Below are positions 24,701 through 39,800 of a stretch of DNA of 64,000 nt, one piece after another (position 1 is the first letter of the stretch; the number at the start of each line of letters is the position of its first letter). Made by a program: the position numbers and the translations under genes. The notes under the pieces were generated by a model. It had not been told where the DNA came from and searched no databases. It saw only the letters and a list, made by a program, of their open reading frames with translations. Source of the DNA: Eledone cirrhosa (Eukaryota); assembly GCA_964016885.1 (NCBI GenBank), contig OZ024742.1:375782001-375846000 (forward strand). The letters run 5' to 3'.

Positions 24701-27700
24701 TATAGAGCAGGGAGGTATGGAAGTTCTCCTGTCTATCTAGACACTCAGTAGAGAGCAGGGAGGTATGGAAGGTCTCCTGTCTATCTAGAGACTCACTAGA
24801 GAGCAGGGAGGTATGGAAGGTCTCCTGTCTATCTAGAGACTCACTAGAGAGCAGGGAGGTATGGAAGGTCTCCAGTCTATCTAGACACTCAGTAGAGAGC
24901 AGAGAGGTATGGAAGGTCTCCTGTCTATCTAGACACTCAGTAGAGAGCAGGGTGGTATGGAAGGTCTCCTGTCTATCTAGACACTCACTAGAGAGCAGGG
25001 AGGTATGGAAGGTCTCCTGTCTATCTAGACACTCACTAGAGAGCAGGGAGGTATGGAAGGTCTCCTGTCTATCTAGACACTCACTAGAGAGCAGGGAGGT
25101 ATGGAAGGTCTCCTGTCTATCTAGAGACTCACTAGAGAGCAGGGAGGTATGGAAGGTCTCCAGTCTATCTAGACACTCAGTAGAGAGCAGAGAGGTATGG
25201 AAGGTCTCCTGTCTATCTAGACACTCAGTAGAGAGCAGGGTGGTATGGAAGGTCTCCTGTCTATCTAGACACTCAGTAGAGAGCAGGGAGGTATGGAAGG
25301 TCTCCTGTCTATCTAGACACTCACTAGAGAGCAGGGAGGTATGGAAGGTCTCCTGTCTATCTAGAGACTCACTAGAGAGCAGGGAGGTATGGAAGGTCTC
25401 CTGTCTATCTAGACACTCAGTAGAGAGCAGGGTGGTATGGAAGGTCTCCTGTCTATCTAGACACTCACTAGAGAGCAGGGAGGTATGGAAGGTCTCCTGT
25501 CTATCTAGAGACTCACTAGAGAGCAGGGAGGTATGGAAGGTCTCCTGTCTATCTAGACACTCACTAGAGAGCAGGGAGGTATGGAAGGTCTCCTGTCTAT
25601 CTAGAGACTCACTAGAGAGCAGGGAGGTATGGAAGGTCTCCTGTCTATCTAAACACTCACTAGAGGGCAGGGTGGTATGGAAGGTCTCCTGTCTATCTAG
25701 ACACTCACTAGAGAGCAGGCAGGTATGGAAGGTCTCCTGTCTATCTAGACACTCAGTAGACAGCAGGGTGGTATGGAAGGTCTCCTGTCTATCTAGACAC
25801 TCACTAGAGAGCAGGGAGGTATGGAAGGTCTCCTGTCTATCTAGACACTCACTAGAGGGCAGGGTGGTATGGAAGGTCTCCTGTCTATCTAGTCACTCAG
25901 TAGACAGCAGGGTGGTAGGAAGGTCTCCTGTCTATCTAGAGACTCACTAGAGAGCAGGGAGGTATGGAAGGTCTCCTGTCTATCTAGACACTCACTAGAG
26001 GGCAGGGTGGTATGGAAGGTCTCCTGTCTATCTAGACACTCACTAGAGAGCAGGGAGGTATGGAAGGTCTCCTGTCTATCTAGACACTCACTAGAGGGCA
26101 GGGTGGTATGGAAGGTCTCCTGTCTATCTAGACACTCACTAGAGAGCAGGGTGGTATGGAAGGTCTCCTGTCTATCTAGAGACTCACTAGAGAGCAGGGA
26201 GGTATGGAAGGTCTCCTGGCTATCTAGACACTCACTAGAGAGCAGGGTGGTATGGAAGGTCTCCTATCTATCTAGACACTCACTAGAGAGCAGGGAGGTA
26301 TGGAAGGTCTCCTGTCTATCTAGAGACTCACTAGAGAGCAGGGAGGTATGGAAGGTCTCCTGTCTATCTAGACACTCACTAGAGAGCAGGGAGGTATGGA
26401 AGGTCTCCTGTCTATCTAGACACTCACTAGAGAGCAGGGAGGTATGGAAGGTCTCCTGTCTATCTAGACACTCAGTAGAGAGCAGGGAGGTATGGAAGGT
26501 CTCCTGTCTATCTAGACACTCAGTAGAGAGCAGGGAGGTATGGAAGGTCTCCTGTCTATCTAGACACTCAGTAGAGAGCAGGGAGGTATGGAAGGTCTCC
26601 TGTCTATCTAGACACTCAGTAGAGAGCAGGGAGGTATGGAAGGTCTCCTGTCTATCTAGACACTCAGTAGACAGCAGGGTGGTATGGAAGGTCTCCTGTC
26701 TATCTAGAGACTCACTAGAGAGCAGGGAGGTATGGAAGGTCTCCTGTCTATCTAGACACTCACTAGAGGGCAGGGTGGTATGGAAGGTCTCCTGTCTATC
26801 TAGACACTCACTAGAGAGCAGGGAGGTATGGAAGGTCTCCTGTCTATCTAGACACTCACTAGAGGGCAGGGTGGTATGGAAGGTCTCCTGTCTATCTAGA
26901 CACTCAGTAGAGAGCAGGGTGGTATGGAAGGTCTCCTGTCTATCTAGAGACTCACTAGAGAGCAGGGAGGTATGGAAGGTCTCCTGTCTATCTAGACACT
27001 CAGTAGAGAGCAGGGAGGTATGGAAGGTCTCCTGTCTATCTAGACATTCACTAGAGAGCAGGGATGTATGGAAGGTCTCCTGTCTATCTAGACACTCAGT
27101 AGAGAGCAGGAAGTTCTCCTGTCTATCTAGACACTCAGTAGAGAGCAGGGAGGTATGGAAGGTCTCCTGTCTATCTACACACCCAGTAGAGAGGAGGGAG
27201 GTATGGAAGGTCTCCTGTCTATCTAGACATTCACTAGAGAGCAGGGAGGTATGGATGGTCTCCTGCTATCTAAACACTCACTAGAGAGCAGGGAGGTATG
27301 GAAGGTCTCCTGTCTATCTAGACATTCACTAGAGAGCAGGGAGGTATGGAAGGTCTCCTGTCTGTCTAGACACTCACTAGAGAGCAGGCAGGTATGGAAG
27401 GTCTCCTGTCTATCTAGACACTCACTAGAGAGCAGGGAGGTATGGAAGGTCTCCTGTCTATCTAGACACTCACTAGAGAGCAGGGAGGTATGGAAGGTCT
27501 CCTGTCTATCTAGACACTCACTAGAGAGCAGGGAGGTATGGAAGGTCTCCTGTCTGTCTAGACACTCACTAGAGAGCAGGCAGGTATGGAAGGTCTGCCG
27601 TCTATCTAGACACTCACTAGAGAGCAGGGAGGTATGGAAGGTCTCCTGTCTGTCTAGACACTCACTAGAGAGCAGGCAGGTATGGAAGGTCTGCTGTCTA

Positions 27701-27800
27701 TCTAGACACTCACTAGAGAGCAGGGAGGTATGGAAGGTCTCCTGTCTATCTAGACACTCACTAGAGAGCAGGGAGGTATGGAAGGTCTCCTGTCTATCTA
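18700..27800 (+). repeat. ~5.7-5.85 kb-offset block duplication with an internal 35-monomer (1680 bp) duplication
   Basis: Shared 1-bp deletions: GTGGTAGGAAGG at ~20071 and ~25916 (offset 5845), and CCTGCTATCT at ~21565 and ~27265 (offset ~5701). Equivalent ORF starts at 23272 and 24952 differ by 1680. Confidence 0.88.
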
Positions 27801-30800
27801 GACACTCACTAGAGAGCAGGGTGGTATGGATGGTCTCCTGTCTAGCTAGACACTCAGTAGAGAGCAGGGAGGTATGGAAGGTCTCCTGTCTATCTAGACA
27901 CTCACTAGAGAGCAGGGAGGTATGGAAGGTCTCCTGTCTATCTAGAAACTCACTATAGAGCAGGGAGGTATGGAAGTTCTCCTGTCTATCTAGAAACTCA
28001 CTATAGAGCAGGGAGGTATGGAAGTTCTCCTGTCTATCTAGACACTCACTAGAGAGCAGGGAGGTATGGAAGGTCTCCTGTCTATCTAGAAACTCACTAT
28101 AGAGCAGGGAGGTATGGAAGTTCTCCTGTCTATCTAGACACTCAGTAGAGAGCAGGGAGGTATGGAAGATCTCCTGTCTATCTAGAGACTCACTAGAGAG
28201 CAGGGAGGTATGGAAGGTCTCCTGTCTATCTAGAGACTCACTAGAGAGCAGGGAGGTATGGAAGGTCTCCAGTCTATCTAGACACTCATTAGAGAGCAGA
28301 GAGGTATGGAAGGTCTCCTGTCTATCTAGATACTCAGTAGAGAGCAGGGTGGTATGGAAGGCCTCCTGTCTATCTAGACACTCACTAGAGAGCAGGGAGG
28401 TATGGAAGGTCTCCTGTCTATCTAGACACTCACTAGAGAGCAGGGAGGTATGGAAGGTCTCCTGTCTATCTAGACACTCACTAGAGAGCAGGGAGGTATG
28501 GAAGGTCTCCTGTCTATCTAGAGACTCACTAGAGAGCAGGGTGGTATGGAAGGTCTCCTGTCTATCTAGACACTCACTAGAGAGCAGGGAGGTATGGAAG
28601 GTCTCCTGTCTATCTAGACACTCACTAGAGAGCAGGGAGGTATGGAAGGTCTCCTGTCTATCTAGAGACTCACTAGAGAGCAGGGAGGTATGGAAGGTCT
28701 CCTGTCTATCTAGACACTCAGTAGAGAGCAGGGTGGTATGGAAGGTCTCCTGTCTATCTAGACACTCACTAGAGAGCAGGGAGGTATGGAAGGTCTCCTG
28801 TCTATCTAGAGACTCACTAGAGAGCAGGGAGGTATGGAAGGTCTCCTGTCTATCTAGACACTCAGTAGAGAGCAGGGAGGTATGGAAGGTCTCCTGTCTA
28901 TCTAGACACTCAGTAGAGAGCAGGGAGGTATGGAAGGTCTCCTGTCTATCTAGACACTCAGTAGACAGCAGGGTGGTATGGAAGGTCTCCTGTCTATCTA
29001 GACACTCACTAGAGAGCAGGGTGGTATGGAAGGTCTCCTGTCTATCTAGAGACTCACTAGAGAGCAGGGAGGTATGGAAGGTCTCCTGTCTATCTAGACA
29101 CTCACTAGAGGGCAGGTTGGTATGGAAGGTCTCCTATCTATCTAGACACTCACTAGAGAGCAGGGAGGTATGGAAGGTCTCCTGTCTATCTAGAAACTCA
29201 CTAGAGAGCAGGGAGGTATGGAAGGTCTCCTGTCTATCTAGACAATCACTAGAGAGCAGGGAGGTATGGAAGGTCTCCTGTCTATCTAGACACTCAGTAG
29301 AGAGCAGGGTGGTATGGAAGGTCTCCTGTCTATCTAAACACTCACTAGAGAGCAGGGAGGTATGGAAGGTCTCCTGTCTATCTAGACACTCAGGAGAGAG
29401 TAGGGAGGTATGGAAGGTCTCCTGTCTATCTAAACACTCACTAGAGAGCAGGGAGGTATGAAAGGTGTCCTGTCTATCTAGACACTCAGGAGAGAGTAGG
29501 GAGGTATGGAAGGTCTCCTGTCTATCTAGACACTCAGTAGAGAGCAGGGAGGTATGGAAGGTCTCCTGTCTATCTAGACACTCACTAGAGAGCAGGGAGG
29601 TATGGAAGTTCTCCAGTCTATCTAGAAACTCACTAGAGAGCAGGGAGGTATGGAAGTTCTCCTGTCTATCTAGACACTCAGTAGAGAGCAGGGAGGTATG
29701 GAAGGTCTCCTGTCTATCTAGACACTCACTAGAGAGCAGGGAGGTATGGAAGGTCTCCTGTCTATCTAGACACTCAGTAGAGAGCAGGGAGGTATGGAAG
29801 GTCTCCTGTCTATCTAGACACTCACTAGAGAGCAGGGTGGTATGGAAGGTCTCCTGTCTATCTAGACACTCACTAGAGAGCAGGGTGGTATGGAAGGTCT
29901 CCTGTCTATCTAGAGACTCACTAGAGAGCAGGGAGGTATGGAAGGTCTCCTGTCTATCTAGACACTCACTAGAGGGCAGGTTGGTATGGAAGGTCTCCTA
30001 TCTATCTAGACACTCACTAGAGAGCAGGGAGGTATGGAAGGTCTCCTGTCTATCTAGAAACTCACTAGAGAGCAGGGAGGTATGGAAGGTCTCCTGTCTA
30101 TCTAGACAATCACTAGAGAGCAGGGAGGTATGGAAGGTCTCCTGTCTATCTAGACACTCAGTAGAGAGCAGGGTGGTATGGAAGGTCTCCTGTCTATCTA
30201 AACACTCACTAGAGAGCAGGGAGGTATGGAAGGTCTCCTGTCTATCTAGACACTCAGGAGAGAGTAGGGAGGTATGGAAGGTCTCCTGTCTATCTAAACA
30301 CTCACTAGAGAGCAGGGAGGTATGAAAGGTGTCCTGTCTATCTAGACACTCAGGAGAGAGTAGGGAGGTATGGAAGGTCTCCTGTCTATCTAGACACTCA
30401 GTAGAGAGCAGGGAGGTATGGAAGGTCTCCTGTCTATCTAGACACTCACTAGAGAGCAGGGAGGTATGGAAGTTCTCCAGTCTATCTAGAAACTCACTAG
30501 AGAGCAGGGAGGTATGGAAGTTCTCCTGTCTATCTAGACACTCAGTAGAGAGCAGGGAGGTATGGAAGGTCTCCTGTCTATCTAGACACTCACTAGAGAG
30601 CAGGGAGGTATGGAAGGTCTCCTGTCTATCTAGACACTCAGTAGAGAGCAGGGAGGTATGGAAGGTCTCCTGTCTATCTAGACACTCACTAGAGAGCAGG
30701 GTGGTATGGAAGGTCTCCTGTCTATCTAGACACTCAGTAGAGAGCAGGGAGGTATGAAAGGTCTCCTGTCTATCTAGACACTCACTAGAGAGCAGGCAGG

Positions 30801-33800
30801 TATGGAAGGTCTCCTGTCTATCTAGACACTCACTAGAGAGCAGGGAGGTATGGAAGGTCTCCTGTCTATCTAGACACTCACTAGAGAGCAGGGAGGTATG
30901 GAAGGTCTCCTGTCTATCTAGACACTCACTAGAGAGCAGGGAGGTATGGAAGGTCTCCTGTCTGTCTAGACACTCACTAGAGAGCAGGCAGGTATGGAAG
31001 GTCTGCCGTCTATCTAGACACTCACTAGAGAGCAGGGAGGTATGGAAGGTCTCCTGTCTGTCTAGACACTCACTAGAGAGCAGGCAGGTATGGAAGGTCT
31101 GCTGTCTATCTAGACACTCACTAGAGAGCAGGGAGGTATGGAAGGTCTCCTGTCTATCTAGACACTCACTAGAGAGCAGGGAGGTATGGAAGGTCTCCTG
31201 TCTATCTAGACACTCACTAGAGAGCAGGGTGGTATGGATGGTCTCCTGTCTAGCTAGACACTCAGTAGAGAGCAGGGAGGTATGGAAGGTCTCCTGTCTA
31301 TCTAGACACTCACTAGAGAGCAGGGAGGTATGGAAGGTCTCCTGTCTATCTAGAAACTCACTATAGAGCAGGGAGGTATGGAAGTTCTCCTGTCTATCTA
31401 GAAACTCACTATAGAGCAGGGAGGTATGGAAGTTCTCCTGTCTATCTAGACACTCACTAGAGAGCAGGGAGGTATGGAAGGTCTCCTGTCTATCTAGAAA
31501 CTCACTATAGAGCAGGGAGGTATGGAAGTTCTCCTGTCTATCTAGACACTCAGTAGAGAGCAGGGAGGTATGGAAGATCTCCTGTCTATCTAGAGACTCA
31601 CTAGAGAGCAGGGAGGTATGGAAGGTCTCCTGTCTATCTAGAGACTCACTAGAGAGCAGGGAGGTATGGAAGGTCTCCAGTCTATCTAGACACTCATTAG
31701 AGAGCAGAGAGGTATGGAAGGTCTCCTGTCTATCTAGATACTCAGTAGAGAGCAGGGTGGTATGGAAGGTCTCCTGTCTATCTAGACACTCACTAGAGAG
31801 CAGGGAGGTATGGAAGGTCTCCTGTCTATCTAGACACTCACTAGAGAGCAGGGAGGTATGGAAGGTCTCCTGTCTATCTAGACACTCACTAGAGAGCAGG
31901 GAGGTATGGAAGGTCTCCTGTCTATCTAGAGACTCACTAGAGAGCAGGGTGGTATGGAAGGTCTCCTGTCTATCTAGACACTCACTAGAGAGCAGGGAGG
32001 TATGGAAGGTCTCCTGTCTATCTAGACACTCACTAGAGAGCAGGGAGGTATGGAAGGTCTCCTGTCTATCTAGAGACTCACTAGAGAGCAGGGAGGTATG
32101 GAAGGTCTCCTGTCTATCTAGACACTCAGTAGAGAGCAGGGTGGTATGGAAGGTCTCCTGTCTATCTAGACACTCACTAGAGAGCAGGGAGGTATGGAAG
32201 GTCTCCTGTCTATCTAGAGACTTACTAGAGAGCAGGGAGGTATGGAAGGTCTCCTGTCTATCTAGACACTCAGTAGAGAGCAGGGAGGTATGGAAGGTCT
32301 CCTGTCTATCTAGACACTCAGTAGAGAGCAGGGAGGTATGGAAGGTCTCCTGTCTATCTAGACACTCAGTAGACAGCAGGGTGGTATGGAAGGTCTCCTG
32401 TCTATCTAGACACTCACTAGAGAGCAGGGTGGTATGGAAGGTCTCCTGTCTATCTAGAGACTCACTAGAGAGCAGGGAGGTATGGAAGGTCTCCTGTCTA
32501 TCTAGACACTCACTAGAGGGCAGGTTGGTATGGAAGGTCTCCTATCTATCTAGACACTCACTAGAGAGCAGGGAGGTATGGAAGGTCTCCTGTCTATCTA
32601 GAAACTCACTAGAGAGCAGGGAGGTATGGAAGGTCTCCTGTCTATCTAGACAATCACTAGAGAGCAGGGAGGTATGGAAGGTCTCCTGTCTATCTAGACA
32701 CTCAGTAGAGAGCAGGGTGGTATGGAAGGTCTCCTGTCTATCTAAACACTCACTAGAGAGCAGGGAGGTATGGAAGGTCTCCTGTCCATCTAGACACTCA
32801 GTAGAAAGCAGGGAGGTATGGAAGGTCTCCTGTCTATCTAGACACTCAGTAGAGAGCAGGGAGGTATGGAAGGTCTCCAGTCTATCTAGAAACTCACTAG
32901 AGAGCAGGGAGGTATGAAAGGTGTCCTGTCTATCTAGACACTCAGGAGAGAGTAGGGAGGTATGGAAGGTCTCCTGTCTATCTAGACACTCAGTAGAGAG
33001 CAGGGAGGTATGGAAGGTCTCCTGTCTATCTAGACACTCACTAGAGAGCAGGGAGGTATGGAAGTTCTCCAGTCTATCTAGAAACTCACTAGAGAGCAGG
33101 GAGGTATGGAAGTTCTCCTGTCTATCTAGACACTCAGTAGAGAGCAGGGAGGTATGGAAGGTCTCCTGTCTATCTAGACACTCAGTAGAGAGCAGGGAGG
33201 TATGGAAGGTCTCCTGTCTATCTAGACACTCACTAGAGAGCAGGGTGGTATGGAAGGTCTCCTGTCTATCTAGACACTCAGTAGAGAGCAGGGAGGTATG
33301 AAAGGTCTCCTGTCTATCTAGACACTCACTAGAGAGCAGGGAGGTATGGAAGGTCTCCTGTCTATCTAGACACTCAGTAGAGAGCAGGGAGGTATGGAAG
33401 GTCTCCTGTCTATCTAGACACTCACTAGAGAGCAGGGTGGTATGGAAGGTCTCCTGTCTATCTAGACACTCAGTAGAGAGCAGGGAGATATGGAAGGTCT
33501 CCTGTCTATCTAGACACTCACTGGAGAGCAGGGTGGTATGGAAGGTCTCCTGTCTATCTAGACACTCAGTAGAGAGCAGGGAGGTATGAAAGGTCTCCTG
33601 TCTATCTAGACACTCACTAGAGAGCAGGGAGGTATGGAAGGTCTCCTGTCTGTCTAGACACTCACTAGAGAGCAGGCAGGTATGGAAGGTCTCCTGTCTA
33701 TCTAGACACTCACTAGAGAGCAGGGAGGTATGGAAGGTCTCCTGTCTATCTAGACACTCACTAGAGAGCAGGGAGGTATGGAAGGTCTCCTGTCTATCTA

Positions 33801-36800
33801 GACACTCACTAGAGAGCAGGGAGGTATGGAAGGTCTCCTGTCTGTCTAGACACTCACTAGAGAGCAGGCAGGTATGGAAGGTCTGCCGTCTATCTAGACA
33901 CTCACTAGAGAGCAGGGAGGTATGGAAGGTCTCCTGTCTGTCTAGACACTCACTAGAGAGCAGGCAGGTATGGAAGGTCTGCTGTCTATCTAGACACTCA
34001 CTAGAGAGCAGGGAGGTATGGAAGGTCTCCTGTCTATCTAGACACTCACTAGAGAGCAGGGAGGTATGGAAGGTCTCCTGTCTATCTAGACACTCACTAG
34101 AGAGCAGGGTGGTATGGATGGTCTCCTGTCTAGCTAGACACTCAGTAGAGAGCAGGGAGGTATGGAAGGTCTCCTGTCTATCTAGACACTCACTAGAGAG
34201 CAGGGAGGTATGGAAGGTCTCCTGTCTATCTAGAAACTCACTATAGAGCAGGGAGGTATGGAAGTTCTCCTGTCTATCTAGAAACTCACTATAGAGCAGG
34301 GAGGTATGGAAGTTCTCCTGTCTATCTAGACACTCACTAGAGAGCAGGGAGGTATGGAAGGTCTCCTGTCTATCTAGAAACTCACTATAGAGCAGGGAGG
34401 TATGGAAGTTCTCCTGTCTATCTAGACACTCAGTAGAGAGCAGGGAGGTATGGAAGATCTCCTGTCTATCTAGAGACTCACTAGAGAGCAGGGAGGTATG
34501 GAAGGTCTCCTGTCTATCTAGAGACTCACTAGAGAGCAGGGAGGTATGGAAGGTCTCCAGTCTATCTAGACACTCATTAGAGAGCAGAGAGGTATGGAAG
34601 GTCTCCTGTCTATCTAGATACTCAGTAGAGAGCAGGGTGGTATGGAAGGTCTCCTGTCTATCTAGACACTCACTAGAGAGCAGGGAGGTATGGAAGGTCT
34701 CCTGTCTATCTAGACACTCACTAGAGAGCAGGGAGGTATGGAAGGTCTCCTGTCTATCTAGACACTCACTAGAGAGCAGGGAGGTATGGAAGGTCTCCTG
34801 TCTATCTAGAGACTCACTAGAGAGCAGGGTGGTATGGAAGGTCTCCTGTCTATCTAGACACTCACTAGAGAGCAGGGAGGTATGGAAGGTCTCCTGTCTA
34901 TCTAGACACTCACTAGAGAGCAGGGAGGTATGGAAGGTCTCCTGTCTATCTAGAGACTCACTAGAGAGCAGGGAGGTATGGAAGGTCTCCTGTCTATCTA
35001 GAAACTCACTATAGAGCAGGGAGGTATGGAAGTTCTCCTGTCTATCTAGACACTCAGTAGAGAGCAGGGAGGTATGGAAGATCTCCTGTCTATCTAGAGA
35101 CTCACTAGAGAGCAGGGAGGTATGGAAGGTCTCCTGTCTATCTAGAGACTCACTAGAGAGCAGGGAGGTATGGAAGGTCTCCAGTCTATCTAGACACTCA
35201 TTAGAGAGCAGAGAGGTATGGAAGGTCTCCTGTCTATCTAGATACTCAGTAGAGAGCAGGGTGGTATGGAAGGTCTCCTGTCTATCTAGACACTCACTAG
35301 AGAGCAGGGAGGTATGGAAGGTCTCCTGTCTATCTAGACACTCACTAGAGAGCAGGGAGGTATGGAAGGTCTCCTGTCTATCTAGACACTCACTAGAGAG
35401 CAGGGAGGTATGGAAGGTCTCCTGTCTATCTAGAGACTCACTAGAGAGCAGGGTGGTATGGAAGGTCTCCTGTCTATCTAGACACTCACTAGAGAGCAGG
35501 GAGGTATGGAAGGTCTCCTGTCTATCTAGACACTCACTAGAGAGCAGGGAGGTATGGAAGGTCTCCTGTCTATCTAGAGACTCACTAGAGAGCAGGGAGG
35601 TATGGAAGGTCTCCTGTCTATCTAGACACTCAGTAGAGAGCAGGGTGGTATGGAAGGTCTCCTGTCTATCTAGACACTCACTAGAGAGCAGGGAGGTATG
35701 GAAGGTCTCCTGTCTATCTAGAGACTTACTAGAGAGCAGGGAGGTATGGAAGGTCTCCTGTCTATCTAGACACTCAGTAGAGAGCAGGGAGGTATGGAAG
35801 GTCTCCTGTCTATCTAGACACTCAGTAGAGAGCAGGGAGGTATGGAAGGTCTCCTGTCTATCTAGAAACTCACTATAGAGCAGGGAGGTATGGAAGTTCT
35901 CCTGTCTATCTAGACACTCAGTAGAGAGCAGGGAGGTATGGAAGATCTCCTGTCTATCTAGAGACTCACTAGAGAGCAGGGAGGTATGGAAGGTCTCCTG
36001 TCTATCTAGAGACTCACTAGAGAGCAGGGAGGTATGGAAGGTCTCCAGTCTATCTAGACACTCATTAGAGAGCAGAGAGGTATGGAAGGTCTCCTGTCTA
36101 TCTAGATACTCAGTAGAGAGCAGGGTGGTATGGAAGGTCTCCTGTCTATCTAGACACTCACTAGAGAGCAGGGAGGTATGGAAGGTCTCCTGTCTATCTA
36201 GACACTCACTAGAGAGCAGGGAGGTATGGAAGGTCTCCTGTCTATCTAGACACTCACTAGAGAGCAGGGAGGTATGGAAGGTCTCCTGTCTATCTAGAGA
36301 CTCACTAGAGAGCAGGGTGGTATGGAAGGTCTCCTGTCTATCTAGACACTCACTAGAGAGCAGGGAGGTATGGAAGGTCTCCTGTCTATCTAGACACTCA
36401 CTAGAGAGCAGGGAGGTATGGAAGGTCTCCTGTCTATCTAGAGACTCACTAGAGAGCAGGGAGGTATGGAAGGTCTCCTGTCTATCTAGACACTCAGTAG
36501 AGAGCAGGGTGGTATGGAAGGTCTCCTGTCTATCTAGACACTCACTAGAGAGCAGGGAGGTATGGAAGGTCTCCTGTCTATCTAGAGACTTACTAGAGAG
36601 CAGGGAGGTATGGAAGGTCTCCTGTCTATCTAGACACTCAGTAGAGAGCAGGGAGGTATGGAAGGTCTCCTGTCTATCTAGACACTCAGTAGAGAGCAGG
36701 GAGGTATGGAAGGTCTCCTGTCTATCTAGACACTCAGTAGACAGCAGGGTGGTATGGAAGGTCTCCTGTCTATCTAGACACTCACTAGAGAGCAGGGTGG

Positions 36801-39800
36801 TATGGAAGGTCTCCTGTCTATCTAGAGACTCACTAGAGAGCAGGGAGGTATGGAAGGTCTCCTGTCTATCTAGACACTCACTAGAGGGCAGGTTGGTATG
36901 GAAGGTCTCCTATCTATCTAGACACTCACTAGAGAGCAGGGAGGTATGGAAGGTCTCCTGTCTATCTAGAAACTCACTAGAGAGCAGGGAGGTATGGAAG
37001 GTCTCCTGTCTATCTAGACAATCACTAGAGAGCAGGGAGGTATGGAAGGTCTCCTGTCTATCTAGACACTCAGTAGAGAGCAGGGTGGTATGGAAGGTCT
37101 CCTGTCTATCTAAACACTCACTAGAGAGCAGGGAGGTATGGAAGGTCTCCTGTCCATCTAGACACTCAGTAGAAAGCAGGGAGGTATGGAAGGTCTCCTG
37201 TCTATCTAGACACTCAGTAGAGAGCAGGGAGGTATGGAAGGTCTCCAGTCTATCTAGAAACTCACTAGAGAGCAGGGAGGTATGAAAGGTGTCCTGTCTA
37301 TCTAGACACTCAGGAGAGAGTAGGGAGGTATGGAAGGTCTCCTGTCTATCTAGACACTCAGTAGAGAGCAGGGAGGTATGGAAGGTCTCCTGTCTATCTA
37401 GACACTCACTAGAGAGCAGGGAGGTATGGAAGTTCTCCAGTCTATCTAGAAACTCACTAGAGAGCAGGGAGGTATGGAAGTTCTCCTGTCTATCTAGACA
37501 CTCAGTAGAGAGCAGGGAGGTATGGAAGGTCTCCTGTCTATCTAGACACTCAGTAGAGAGCAGGGAGGTATGGAAGGTCTCCTGTCTATCTAGACACTCA
37601 CTAGAGAGCAGGGTGGTATGGAAGGTCTCCTGTCTATCTAGACACTCAGTAGAGAGCAGGGAGGTATGAAAGGTCTCCTGTCTATCTAGACACTCACTAG
37701 AGAGCAGGGAGGTATGGAAGGTCTCCTGTCTATCTAGACACTCAGTAGAGAGCAGGGAGGTATGGAAGGTCTCCTGTCTATCTAGACACTCACTAGAGAG
37801 CAGGGTGGTATGGAAGGTCTCCTGTCTATCTAGACACTCAGTAGAGAGCAGGGAGATATGGAAGGTCTCCTGTCTATCTAGACACTCACTGGAGAGCAGG
37901 GTGGTATGGAAGGTCTCCTGTCTATCTAGACACTCAGTAGAGAGCAGGGAGGTATGAAAGGTCTCCTGTCTATCTAGACACTCACTAGAGAGCAGGGAGG
38001 TATGGAAGGTCTCCTGTCTGTCTAGACACTCACTAGAGAGCAGGCAGGTATGGAAGGTCTCCTGTCTATCTAGACACTCACTAGAGAGCAGGGAGGTATG
38101 GAAGGTCTCCTGTCTATCTAGACACTCACTAGAGAGCAGGGAGGTATGGAAGGTCTCCTGTCTATCTAGACACTCACTAGAGAGCAGGGAGGTATGGAAG
38201 GTCTCCTGTCTGTCTAGACACTCACTAGAGAGCAGGCAGGTATGGAAGGTCTGCCGTCTATCTAGACACTCACTAGAGAGCAGGGAGGTATGGAAGGTCT
38301 CCTGTCTGTCTAGACACTCACTAGAGAGCAGGCAGGTATGGAAGGTCTGCTGTCTATCTAGACACTCACTAGAGAGCAGGGAGGTATGGAAGGTCTCCTG
38401 TCTATCTAGACACTCACTAGAGAGCAGGGAGGTATGGAAGGTCTCCTGTCTATCTAGACACTCACTAGAGAGCAGGGTGGTATGGATGGTCTCCTGTCTA
38501 GCTAGACACTCAGTAGAGAGCAGGGAGGTATGGAAGGTCTCCTGTCTATCTAGACACTCACTAGAGAGCAGGGAGGTATGGAAGGTCTCCTGTCTATCTA
38601 GAAACTCACTATAGAGCAGGGAGGTATGGAAGTTCTCCTGTCTATCTAGAAACTCACTATAGAGCAGGGAGGTATGGAAGTTCTCCTGTCTATCTAGACA
38701 CTCACTAGAGAGCAGGGAGGTATGGAAGGTCTCCTGTCTATCTAGAAACTCACTATAGAGCAGGGAGGTATGGAAGTTCTCCTGTCTATCTAGACACTCA
38801 GTAGAGAGCAGGGAGGTATGGAAGATCTCCTGTCTATCTAGAGACTCACTAGAGAGCAGGGAGGTATGGAAGGTCTCCTGTCTATCTAGAGACTCACTAG
38901 AGAGCAGGGAGGTATGGAAGGTCTCCAGTCTATCTAGACACTCATTAGAGAGCAGAGAGGTATGGAAGGTCTCCTGTCTATCTAGATACTCAGTAGAGAG
39001 CAGGGTGGTATGGAAGGTCTCCTGTCTATCTAGACACTCACTAGAGAGCAGGGAGGTATGGAAGGTCTCCTGTCTATCTAGACACTCACTAGAGAGCAGG
39101 GAGGTATGGAAGGTCTCCTGTCTATCTAGACACTCACTAGAGAGCAGGGAGGTATGGAAGGTCTCCTGTCTATCTAGAGACTCACTAGAGAGCAGGGTGG
39201 TATGGAAGGTCTCCTGTCTATCTAGACACTCACTAGAGAGCAGGGAGGTATGGAAGGTCTCCTGTCTATCTAGACACTCACTAGAGAGCAGGGAGGTATG
39301 GAAGGTCTCCTGTCTATCTAGAGACTCACTAGAGAGCAGGGAGGTATGGAAGGTCTCCTGTCTATCTAGACACTCAGTAGAGAGCAGGGTGGTATGGAAG
39401 GTCTCCTGTCTATCTAGACACTCACTAGAGAGCAGGGAGGTATGGAAGGTCTCCTGTCTATCTAGAGACTCACTAGAGAGCAGGGAGGTATGGAAGGTCT
39501 CCTGTCTATCTAGACACTCAGTAGAGAGCAGGGAGGTATGGAAGGTCTCCTGTCTATCTAGACACTCAGTAGAGAGCAGGGAGGTATGGAAGGTCTCCTG
39601 TCTATCTAGACACTCAGTAGACAGCAGGGTGGTATGGAAGGTCTCCTGTCTATCTAGACACTCACTAGAGAGCAGGGTGGTATGGAAGGTCTCCTGTCTA
39701 TCTAGAGACTCACTAGAGAGCAGGGAGGTATGGAAGGTCTCCTGTCTATCTAGACACTCACTAGAGGGCAGGTTGGTATGGAAGGTCTCCTATCTATCTA

